This document shows, piece after piece, positions 24,818 to 36,921 of a stretch of DNA of 64,000 bases. Source of the stretch: Chara braunii (lineage: Eukaryota; Plantae; Charophyceae). The notes beneath the pieces were generated by a model. That model was not told the DNA's origin. It ran no database searches and was given only the letters and a program-made list of their open reading frames with translations. Each line of letters begins with the position of its first letter. The first letter of the stretch is position 1. The translations under genes and the position numbers were made by a program. The stretch spans positions 4,533,545 through 4,597,544 of the forward strand of contig BFEA01000041.1 of assembly GCA_003427395.1 (NCBI GenBank). The letters run 5' to 3'.

Positions 24818-27367
24818 ATGCAAATTTTGCCAACATTCAGTTTCAGAAATCTCACCAATGAAAAAATCAAGTGGATCTGTAAGCGATTGGCTGCTTACAA
24901 AGGCAGCCATGAAGCGATGTGTCAAGACTTTCTAATTCTTCCAATTTCCTCAACTATTTTCACAGTATTGTGCCTACACACAGCAGACAAGACAATAATA
25001 GAAGGCTGGCACAAACTAAGATGCGAACGATCGGAGGTAAGAATCTATCCTTGGTCGCCATCGAAACAGGGACCGGATGAAAAACGCAAACAAATGATGG
25101 AGGACTTCTATTGGGTAGAATTTAGACACATCCCAATAGAAATACAAGCAGCCTTCATATATGACTTTGAGATCAACGACGATATTGTAGACTTCATAGA
25201 TCCCCTTCCCGCTTATGCGGCAAAAAGGGATGACTATTTGATGTTAGCCCTTAATCAACCGACCAACACACCCTTCAATATAGATGATGTCATTCCCTAC
25301 AGGGTAGGGGGTCGATAATACCCTATTCACACGGTTCATAAGTTGAGACCATGGTGTTTTAGGTGCAGGGCTTATGGTCATCTGAGTACAGATCCGGCCT
25401 GTGCTCAAAATCCGGCAAAAAAAAATCGAGCCACAGGTAGACTTATCCGAGATCCTTTTAAACCAAACCTATGGCGTACGGTGGATGCGGGACACAAGGG
25501 GTGGGTGTACATAGAAAGTTCTAAAAAGGGTGAGGTTCCCCAAGGCTGGACATGGGAACGTAAGGAGGAACCTAATTGCGAGGCTAAGCCACCGGACTCA
25601 TGGGTATCGCCAGAAGCTTCACCAAGGGCAGCAGGGAAAGGGAAATCCCCTCAAAGTAACCATAAAACAACATCTGAGCCGATGATAGATGATGGAACAC
25701 AGGGTATCACCACCTCTGGGGGAAGGGGAACAGCTGCTCAGCAGGAGGCAAAAGGAGCACCAGTCTCTCAGAGTAAGGGAAAAAAATCTTTAATCCAACA
25801 GCAATGGAGACCGGTGCTTAAAGGTGGGAAAGCAGTCAATGATGGAAGGAATACTCTACCAGAACCAAAACCTACCGATTATGTAATTCAAGGAAATAGG
25901 GCTCATTTTTCTTACACGAGGAGGAGGAAGGATCAGATATTGAGACAGAAAGAAAAAATGATAAGGAAAAGGAAGGTGCCCTCATGATCAAGTCCCCATT
26001 TGGTATTGCAGTTAATGAAGGACAAGAGGGAGGGGAAAGGAAAAAAAAAAAAAAGGAAACAAATCACTGGGCCAAGTAAGGACACTGACCTCAATATAAT
26101 AGTAATAACATCCTCACAAAACAAGATAGGCGGAGTAGAACATGTGGCCCCGGTAGCAGAAACAGACGAAATGTTGGAGGAGAAACAAAAAAAGGAGCAC
26201 ACAGAGAAGGAAGAAAGGACCGCGGACCCGTTCCTGGGAGCATTTGGTCCAGCACCAATGGAAGTGGATTCTCCTTCACCAGAAGAAGACTTTGAAATGG
26301 GATAGGCAAACACACAAGAGAATTCAAATTGCTCTGAAGATAATAGGTTGAAACAGTTGACCGAATGGTTAATTAAAACCCTAAAGACCCGACATGGGGA
26401 CGACTCGGTTGAATTCTGGGATACTTCGTACATCCAACTCCTTAACCTACTAAGTAGTAGTCCCAGTCTCAACCAGGTATTGGAGCAAGGTCTACCCGAA
26501 GGCGCCAGCTGGTCAAGAATAAGCGAGCGGATCTTGAACATTGTGGAAGAATTGTTTCAGCCACCAATTTCATCCCAAAATAAGGGCTCTATCAAGGAGG
26601 GGGATGATTCAAGACATGACGAAAGTCTGGTGATCGAAGTATTAATGAACAGCAAGGATTCAACTACAACTGATGAAAGGAAGGAGCGTATAACAGTGGT
26701 GGAAATAGGTGAAGAAGACCAATGTTATTCCTCTTCACAACCAAGAAAGAAAAAAATAGAAGCGGAAGAGGTAACAAAAGGAGAAGAAATGATTGAGAAT
26801 TCAGACTCCCACCAAAAAGAATCACCCAAGATCAGTGTGAAAGAGGGAGCAGATTCAGACAAAAGAATGAAAATGCGTCATGCATTAGAAAAGGGCTATG
26901 TTGCAGGTTTACCCTCTCCCAGAGGAAACTTGGTGATCCCAGTACGAAAGAAAAGTGGGAAGTGGGAAGTTGGTCTTTCCCCAATAGGACAGGATCAGTA
27001 CGGGGGAGTGACATTAAGAGGATGAATCACACACGTTGATTACCAAAGCCCGGGAGACAGGACATTTAAAAGAGACCTGCATGATTTTCTGTCAAAACAT
27101 TACGACCCAGGACCCCAAGTTACGCACACGGTAATGGGGGATCAGGCTAATATGGCCAAGCGTGATACATTTGTGAAATTTGAGGATACTAAGGAAGTCG
27201 GGCTTAGATGGTATTCCCATGCGGCTCTACTAGAACTACAGCAGCTAAAGATTAAGGCTAATGTAGTATGACCGGTTGCGGAGGTATCATCTTTCCTATG
27301 CTTTGTTATTCTCAACAGACTGCTCACCTCCTCGACTTCACTAGGAGGAGGATGGGTGAGGTTGTAA
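24818..27367 (+). pseudogene. LINE ORF1 (RRM-like region, Zn knuckle, long low-complexity linker, extra C-terminal domain)
   Basis: VRIYPWSP..YWVEFRHIP and CFRCRAYGHLSTDPAC. Multiple stops. ORF1/ORF2 boundary uncertain. Confidence 0.7.
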
Positions 27368-27459
27368 ATCAGTCATCTCCCTTCGAGTTAACGAAGGATT
27401 GATCCAATACAAGCTTTGTATGGAAAAAATTCATCCTGGCAAAGGGTCACGCGGACAAC

Positions 27460-30400
27460 GGATTTGGATTTAAGGTTTCTTAATGTTAACGGTCTGACCA
27501 CAGCCGATGCACTCACGAGAAGAGCGATCATAGAACAATTTCAAGGTGTAGGAGGAAGATTATCGCCGGATCTGATATGTATACAAGAGACTCACCTCAT
27601 GGACTCTCCAGCTCATAATCGAGCACACAATCTGATATGACCCCACCAGAGGTTCCAAGCCCACGCAACACATAACGAATCTGCAGGGGTAACCATATGG
27701 GTTCCTCCGAACTCCAAGGCGGAGGTGATTCATTGGGAAGCAAATCAGGAGAACGGAAGATGGGTTTCAGCACTGGTAATGTTGGAAATAAAAATTGTGT
27801 GCGTATTTAATGTATATAGTCCGAATGAGGTACAAGAACGCAAACAATTCTTTAATGATATTCATAGTCATATACCGAATGGTATCCCAATTATAATGGC
27901 TGGGGATTTCAATGCGGTACCGGATAGATGGCTGGACAAATGAAAAATTATGTCACCATGCCCTGCCTATACAGAGGAGGACGAAATGATTATCTAACAA
28001 CTATGTGTAGCCAAAAATCTATATAACACGTACCGCAAGTTTTTTCCACAAGAACGATTATTCGCGTGTATTAGGAACACGGGTGTTCCCAATCAATCTA
28101 GATCTAGAATAGATTTAATACTCATGTAAGAGGATTTAGATCATGCACTAGTAGGGTTAAATATCTTCTTGCAAAGTCTGTGGCCAGGAGCAGATCACAA
28201 GATGTGTGTCATTTTACTGACCTTTAGGGAAAAACCGGATAGAGGAATAATTTTTTACAAACTCAACTCCTCCCTCTTAAAAAGAACGGACTTTAAAAAT
28301 TACATTCAAGATGTATGGAATATTGGCAAACCACGAAAGATAAGCAGGAATCATACATTTCCTGGTTCAACTGTGGGCTATGCTTCTTAGCAAAAAAATG
28401 CAACTAATTTTCAAAAATAGTTGTTAAACGGAGACAAGAACAAGAAATAAAGATTTATGAGAAAATACTTAAGCACGAACAAGAGGATAATTCGGGAACC
28501 ATACAACCATCAGAAGACATACTATAACTCAATAATCAACTCTTCACCCTAACCCAAAACAGGGGGCAATGTTATCTCATCAGAAGTAAATTATCCAGAC
28601 ACCAGTCAGAAGGTCAAATGAACTGCTCTTTCTTTGCCGTTGCTGAGGTACGGGGGTTAAAATGACGAATATAGAAGCTCTAATTGATCCCTGGTTTTCC
28701 CCACACCTGGACCCGGTCGCATCGGTTAGTAGCTTAAAGTAGCTTACGATTTTTTCAAAAACCTCTAATACATCCACGATTGATCCTCCCATACCGGACC
28801 AAGAAACAAGGAACTTCCTGGAACCTCTTACACAGAAATTAACTCCATAACAAAAAGAAAAATTGGATGCTCCAATCACCAAAGAAGAAATATGGACTGC
28901 CCTACTGCAAATGGATGAAGACAAAACCCCAGGGATAGATGGTCTGCCCAAGGAGTTTTGGGAGGTCATATGGGCAAACCTGGCAGAGGATCTCATGGAG
29001 TACTACAAACAGGTTCAGGAATCAGGATGTATGGAAGAGATTGTGGGTCAAGGAATTCTAACCCTTTTGTACAAAAAAGGAGATAAGACAAACATAAGGA
29101 ATTATAGATCAATCACTTTATTAACTGTGGTCTATAAAATGTTAGCTAAGGCCATAGGTAACAGATTCATTCCTGTAATGACCGACATTATTCACGCCAC
29201 TCGAAAAGGGTTTATTCATGGGAGAAATATACAGGATAATGTGTTGCTGATCAATGAAACGATTAAGTTATCGAGATAGAATCAGAGCAACGCGGCCTTT
29301 GTATTTATAGATTTCGAAAAGGCATACGATCATGTTGACAGACGTTTTCTGGAAGCATGTTTAACTAAATTAGATTTTAGACCTAAAATGAGGAGATGGA
29401 TCCAAATCCTGCACTCAAATGTCACTACCAGGGTTCAAGTGAATGACTTACTGTCGCCAAAGATCCCTCTTCAAAGATCAATTAGGCAGGGAAATCCCTT
29501 AACTCCCTTCCTTTTCGTTATCATCATGGAAGCGTTAAGAGTAAACTTGAAGGAAAACCCTAACATTCAGCGATTGAGGATAGGCAACCTTCCTAAAGAG
29601 GCGATTCCAATCTACTCCATATTTGCGGATGATTTGACAATCATGATGGAGGCCTCCAAAACTAATTTCGAGGAAATTAAGGCAATAATGGATATATTTT
29701 CGACCTTATCGGATATGTTAGTCAATTCGGGGAATAAAACATTGGGTTGGTGGATTCATTCACAAGGGGCGAGACCTCCAGAGCTTCCTAAGATCAAATG
29801 GGTCCCTTTAAAGCACCCATAAGGGTGTTAGGGATAATTCTCACATCACAAAGGAAGCCGAACTCTAATGATATACGGATTTATTCTTCGGCGCTGGAAA
29901 AAATGAAGGTATGGAAGAATAAACACACTTCAATCTTTGGAAGAGCACTGATAATTAATAATGTGGTGTAGGCTTCAATTTGGTACAAATCATTGTTTTG
30001 GCCTTTGAGTAGGAAACCCACAAAAGATATACAAAGACAACTTTCAGCCTTCCTTTGGCGAGGAATCACGAATTACCACATGTAATTCCAAGAGTTGCTT
30101 GGAAGACTTTAATCCAGCCAAAGACCAAAGGAGGGATTGGACTTATTGACCCAAAAATACAGTGTCAGGCTTTGGCTCTTCAAGTGGTTAAACGTTTAAT
30201 TCTAACTACAGACATTCCATGACGGGATCTGACACTGGAACAGATTCGTAGATTGACACCTCAAACCACGGAGGAAGTACATCCTCTGACATGGGTAGAG
30301 GATAGATATTGGTCTATTCCTCATACCCGAATGCATCACACCGACACAGGGGCGAGAGGTGAGGCCAAGAAGGATCTTAGACTAGACAGTTTTTGGGCTA

Positions 30401-31941
30401 ACCTATTGAAAATTTGGCGGAAGATGCCCTTACCAGATAAGGCCATACCTGAAAGATTCGAGGAAGTCTTACATCAACCTCTTTTTGGTAACAGATGGAT
30501 TACTGATCATAATGGCAGAGTCTTTATAAGCTCGGAATCCAGCGAGTTAAGGATTTGTGGGATCCGCCGAGTAAAACTTGAAAGATTGCAGAAATGCTCA
30601 GAAAAGGGATTAAGTATGCACACAATCTAATAAATAATTTGGAAGAAATCACTTCATCTATTCCCTTGGCCTGGACAATGCTGCTTAAAAGAGGCCTGAT
30701 GTTTCGAATAGCAGACTGGGTGTGTATAAATCGTTAGGATGGAGCGAAGTCAATAGGACAAATCATGGATGTACACGAAGAAGGAGTCCTGGTCAATATT
30801 TAAAAGATCCAAAAAGACAATAGAATTTCTAACAAGGATCTAGACAAGATCTTCTTCTCACACTTTGAGGAATTGTTTAGGATAAGATTCATATAGTGTA
30901 CGGAAACAAAAGGGTGGAATTTTTTTCTACCTCAGGTACCCATACCGGAGCTTTCCGTAGACCCAACTTAATGGGTATGGCGACTAAACAAGAGAAACAA
31001 ACCCTTAAGACTATAATCCTTGAGTGTAAAGGCGTCCTATAGGCTACTACGTCCTAAAATGGAGGTCCCAGAAATATTACAAGAAAGATGGTATAAACAC
31101 CTAAACATAAACAAGGACCTGGTCAAACCGGTGAGGTGGTGCAAAGGCCTCAGAGAGAGAGGTCAGTCAAGTTTGCATCCCTACAGTGGCTAATAAGACA
31201 CAGATGTCTACCCACAAATGATTGGTTAATAGACCACTCTTCTCTTGAACAGAAGGGTAAGGCAGTACCATGGTGTAGATCATGTGTCCAAGGCTCCAAG
31301 CCTTCCCAAGTAGGAAAATCAGAGAAACAATTGAGCATATCTTCCGACAATGTCCAGGCTCTGTATTGCTTTGGCGATTATGAGACTGTGTATGGAGAAG
31401 ACTGACAGGCATATACTGGTCATGGGAGTGGAGGGTTATTCTCCTTGGGCAGTGGATTCCTGCATTGATTGAGTTGTCTGAATTTCAACAGAACTTATTC
31501 CATTTAGGCAGGAAAGCGGTGCTATGGGCGTTGTAGCAGAAGAGATGTATAAGCGTCATGGAAGGAGTTATAATTGGAAAACAAGAGGTGGTAGACATAA
31601 TTCAACAATTTGTTCAATCCGAAATCAGATCTCAATACGAAAAAAGAAAAAATATAATTATTGAATTTAAACTAAAAAAAAATATCAGAGAGAGAATCTT
31701 GAAATTTAATTTGGAATGGTTAGGGGATGCATCAGGGGAGAAACTGGGGAGGGTGGTATGGCCAGGAGGGGAAGGGGATCAAGTGACCTTTAAGCGAGAC
31801 TACCAGATCACCTTTCACAGCTGGTTTGACATCCAGCCAGGAACTTCTTTGAGATTACCTGAGTTTTTCTCTGACCCTTTTCCTCCTTCTGCACTGACCC
31901 TGGTGGATCTAGGATGGTTTGGGGGGGAAGAGGGAGGTTAA
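27460..31941 (+). pseudogene. LINE ORF2 (AP endonuclease, reverse transcriptase, Cys/His domain)
   Basis: NVNGL, ICIQETH, NVYSPN, AGDFN, SRIDLI, ADHK; KTPGIDGLPKEFW, NYRSITLL, IDFEKAYD, IRQGNPL, FADD; WCRSC..ETIEHIFRQC. Many stops and frameshifts. Confidence 0.92.
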
Positions 31942-32275
31942 GCGGCTTTATTAGATAGGTGGGTGTAGAGATAGATGTAAGGTTAATCACTTTGTTCTGG
32001 TGGTCATTCTGTATGACTGAAGAGGCATCTAGAGTTCTAGGACCACAATAACACCTTACTAGAATAAGAGGGTTTTGGATTGGCACTCGATTTATTCAAT
32101 GTTATATCACAACTTATATGTAAGGGACGCTGGAACCATTTTCCAGCAAGTGCTGCTCCCCACCAATAGATCAGAGCAAAAAAATAAATAAAAAAAAATA
32201 AAAAAATAAAAAAATCCAATACTCCAAATGAGACCAAATTTGGTACCCAACAACCTTGAACGAAAACAACAACAT

Positions 32276-32309
<34 letters not shown>

Positions 32310-32369
32310 TAAAATTTGACCCCCAAAGGGTTTTTGGCCCAGATCCTAATTTCAGTTTTGGACCTGTTA

Positions 32370-32870
32370 GTCAGGAGCTGAAACTAGGGATCCTCGTTAA
32401 CCACGTGTGGAGATGGGTTTCGACTCTATGGAGGCTGGATTTAGTAGTCATCTGCGTTATTAACATTTATGCTCCTAATGAGGTACAAGAGAGGGTAGTC
32501 ATTTTCTATGGCTTAAACCACTAGTACTTTTGGCGCATGGGAAAATAAGAAAAAGTTGACGTTTTTCCAAACTCCTAAAGTTTCGGAGGCCGGGCCCGAC
32601 GACGGCTGCCATTGATAAATCTGATCGGCGGCCGTCGTTTCGTTTCGGCCTCCGAAAAGATCGGAGGCCCACCGGAGGTTCGCAATTTTCCCACGCGCCA
32701 AAGGTACTAGTGGTTTAAGGATTCAAATTCCAGACGGAATTCCTATAATCATGGTGGGGGATTTTAACGCTGCCCCTAAGAGATGGTTGGATAGATGGAA
32801 GTTGCCCTCTCCCTGTCCTTCATATATTCAAGAAGACGAAAATATTATTCACACACTATGTGAAAAAGAA
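32370..32870 (+). pseudogene. Second APE endonuclease fragment, interrupted by a MITE
   Basis: RWVS..CVINIYAPNEVQER..[MITE]..IPDGIPIIMVGDFNAAPKRWLD. Confidence 0.8.
32517..32714. mobile_element. MITE with ~29-bp imperfect TIRs and a TTAA TSD
   Basis: TTAA-accactagtac..ttggcgc.tgggaaaa ... ttttccca.gcgccaaa.gtactagtggt-TTAA. Excision restores the host reading frame. Confidence 0.92.
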
Positions 32871-33476
32871 AGTCTGAAAAATTAAAAAGAACAAAAAAGA
32901 AGGGTGAAAAACAGAGCTCCGCTTCATATCTGCATCAAAATCCATACCGCGATTTTTAAAATATCGGATCGAACAAATTTTAACAGCCACGACGCTAGGG
33001 AGTTTCTCTTTCCTTTTCTTTCCTTCTATTATTCTTCTGGATTTATTTAGCTCTATTGAATCTTAAGTTCCCCTTTTATTATTTTGCGGGGAACGAACGG
33101 TTCATTTCAAATTAGTAATCGTGTATGGGCGGCCTAGACTATCCGACCCCTCGCGTCTCATTCCGCATGAGGGTGGCCGTCTAGGCCTCGCAGCGTAGAG
33201 CTCCCAAAAGGGAGCACCCGCAGCCCCTTCGGTAGGAGGCTTATCACCTCCTGTGGGTGGTCATAAGCCCCCTCCTTGCCATCCGACACGGGTACCCATC
33301 AAGAACAGTCCGATAGCCCCCTAAAAAAAAGAAGAAAAAGTTGGTTGGTATCCCGTTATGGGACCACTGTGTGTCGAGTCCACGGTCATTTCAAGTCGAG
33401 TTGAAAAGACTACGGACACTTATTGTTACAGACGCTTATGTAAGTGACCGTAGGGTCTTAGCTGTTTTTTTTTAAA

Positions 33477-33507
<31 letters not shown>

Positions 33508-36500
33508 TTTTAAATTGCTTTGCAGCTCAATTTTATTTATCAATCTGAAAATGTCCCTAAGTGTTCCAGTTAGAACACTGCTATCACAACGTACAATGAT
33601 CTTATAAAAGGAGGAGTTGTCGTATCACTCGCTACGTATGATCCGAAATTGAGATAACCTCGTGGGAATGCGACGAACTCAGACTGCAACTATTTTAGAT
33701 CTTAGTATCTAGTGTCTTGAGCGTAGGTTTGGTAAAATGCTAGGGCTTTGGGTGTTGATTGTAGTGGGAAAAATGACTATGGTGTGTCGAAAATAACTTA
33801 ACGGTTAAAGACCCGACTGCTTGAGGCTGCTAACTCGCTGGTCACTAGTGTCGGGGGAATGCCCCTGGATCACAACGATCCTTAATTTTGACTCGGACGA
33901 CGCTAGACTCAAGATTAACATTGAAGGTGGAAAAGAGTCAAAAATGAAACGGGACCAGAGGCTGCCGGTGACAATTACCGAGGATAAGAACAGGACGGAG
34001 AGGAGGCTTCAGCGGGACGACGTTACAACTCGGATAAAGGTCACTATCGTTGTCGGTGCGAATACCCTTACAAGGGTATCTGCCCTGGGTTTTGCACGCA
34101 ACAGAAAATAAGTTTGGTTTAAAGTTTAAGTATACCCCGCGAGGCGTGGCTATGTCTGTGGTTACGATGATTGAATGACTTAGTAGAGTAGAAAGTGTGT
34201 GGGCGCACAAACGTAAGGTGCGCGTGATTTCTCTTCTTATTGATGACGGTGAAGATTTGGTTGCCGCCCAAGATTTTATTTCTGGTTGAACTAGGATTAA
34301 AAAGACTTTGTCTTTTGATTGGCGCGCTTGCCTGTGACTTGTGCGTACATGCGGAGGACGACATCAATAACAATGTGATTTTGAAACGTTTCGGTAGATT
34401 CGTGCGTCGCGCATTATCCGCTTATTTAGGTGTTCGTCAACACTACACCCAACCTTGCGCCTAGCACCATTGGATACAGTGTCGGACTTCCAACCGAGAG
34501 ATTCAGGGATCAAGGCTAGTGGCGACGACGTAGGAGTATTGGAACGGTGTGGAGAGGCCAAGGAGTTGAGGGCCCGACGGGGCTATCCCCCTGGGTTTTG
34601 TCGTCAGCAGAGTCGGAGCGGTGCCAGCGGTTCCTTATTTTTCTCGTCAGTCGCTCTATGACGATTAAAATTTTCTAAGTATTTTTATTATTTATCGTCG
34701 TTATTATTATTATTATTATGCCCCGGCGTTCCTTGATTTGGACGCGATGCCGAATTTTGAAGGATGTCATGGCAGACGACGACCTTGAGAGCGCGCCTCC
34801 TTGGGTTGACCTACAAGTTCCTGCATGTTCGGGATGTCGATGAAATTCCTTTATACCGCCCGACTTGAAAGGCGGACCGAAGAGGTCAAATGTGTGTAGG
34901 GAGTGGTGGTGTCCGTGGTCGTGGCTTCCTTCGCTTCCCACTTAGAGAGTGTCGATAGCCTAAAGTGGAAGGGAATTGGAGAGCATTCTGAGCGGGCCTA
35001 TGGGACTGCAGCCCGAGGGCGGCGGGGGTCGTTGCGAGTGTACTGTCCGCCGACCACGATCTGCTGTGACGGGTCTGGGGTGTGCGCATGCCCGCTGGGC
35101 CCCGCGAGATGGTGTACTTGCCTGCGACAGCGGGGGCGCAAGGCGGGGGCGCAAGGCGGGGGCCCACGGCGGTACTGGCTGCATTCCCACAGAACCCGCC
35201 CCCACCTCAACCTTCAAAGTTCTCATTTCAATATTTGCTACTACCACCAAACTCTACGCTAGGACTCGCCTCCCCGGGGCTTATGCTGCAAGTTCTGCAG
35301 CGGGTTCGTGCCCCTGAAGCTAAATCTAAGTGTGGGCATGCCCGTTGGGACGTGAAGGATGGTGGCCCACGCCTAGGCGCAAGAGGACGAGCGCACCAGG
35401 AGGGGGGTCGCAAGTGGCAGTAGCTGCTCGCGAGGAACCTTCTCCACTACGGTCTTCAAGGTTCTCGTTTTAGTATGTGCTACTACTGTCAGGATCTACA
35501 CCAGGGCCCCCTGCACCTGATTCATGCGGCAGGTTGTGCAGTAGGCCCGGAGCCCTCCTACTGATCACAAGTGTCGGGCTCACTATGACAGTTGAGTATA
35601 GGTCGTGAGAGTCAATATTGTTGGGTTTTCACGGCCGGCTATTTCGGTAGGGTAAGCCAGTAGGCACTCCTGAGCGGGTTTTGACTTCCATGACCACCGT
35701 CCTGCAGATTGTATTAGCGCACACGTTGGTGTCGAGCGGCAGCGGGGCGAAGAGCGGTGAAGAGAAGTATCACGGTAAAGATTAGCCACTATCGCAATCT
35801 ATCGGGAGTGGCGCTAGCGGAAACTGTTAGGGGCTGCAATAACAAAGGCAGAAGCAGGGCGGGGTGCAAGGAGGAGCTAAGTGAACCTGGCGCAGAATCG
35901 CACCTGGGTATGTTCAGAAGCGGGGCGGCAGAAAGCAGCAATGTCGAAGATAAGTGAGAGTCGGGTAGGAGCACGGATGGCGTTGTTAATCCGATTCTTA
36001 ACGAAATCGGTCAGAGTAAAAATCGATTTGGGGGTTTTAGCCCGGTGTGAATCAATTGACGAGGTCATAATGTAAGGGAAGTTAGTAGATTAGGAGGTTG
36101 GTAGAGAAAGTAGTGCGTGGAAGTATAGCGATGGAGTTAGACGAGAAGATAGGGAAAGAGATCGAGTACTTCTGTTTCTTAGCGGATTTCGACGGAGTAA
36201 GAGTCGAACCCATGGTTTTTGTGGTAGGCAAAGCAGAGTGTGGTGTTAGTTTGGATAGTAAGTTAGTAAGGTAGGAGATAGGGAGAGGAAAGTTGTGCTG
36301 AGTTATGGAAGAGAAGCAAAGAAACTGCCAAAACGGTCGTTCCTTGACCGACTTCGACGAATGGAGGCTATACACTAAGGTTTTCGAAGTGGGTGGTTGC
36401 GATGTAGGATGTCGATTAAAAGGAGAGGCGGTAAAAATCACATTATGGAGTATCAGCATTGTGTGAAGGAGAAGAAACCGTGGAAGAAAGGGGGGGATGA

Positions 36501-36842
36501 ATCTACCTGGGTCTTAGCGGGAGATTCATTCTCATTTCGCATGACCGGTTTGTAGTGGGAAATTCATTCCTGGACCTATGCAACTACTTGGCTAGAGACA
36601 GTGAGTGCATGTTTGCGCAAAAGCAAAGCAACCATAGGGTCGGAGACTTACTTGTTGGTCGGTGTGTTGCTCATCCTATCGAAGGAAGGAGCCTCCCGCT
36701 AACTTCTGCATACATGATTGGACGGGCGATGAGAGATGAACCGAACTTCGAGTTACGGTGCCAAATTGCGCCCTGACCTGGTCCATGTGAGGGGCCAAGT
36801 TCATATAATAAGGAGCACAGGTACGAGGTAGGGAAGTGTACG

Positions 36843-36921
<79 letters not shown>

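Larger units (their letters stand above)
24800..32215 (+). mobile_element. L1/Tx1-like LINE, near full length, decayed
   Basis: ORF1 with a CCHC knuckle, ORF2 with APE, RT and a C-terminal Zn motif, then a 3' UTR and A-rich tail at ~32178-32210. Confidence 0.9.
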
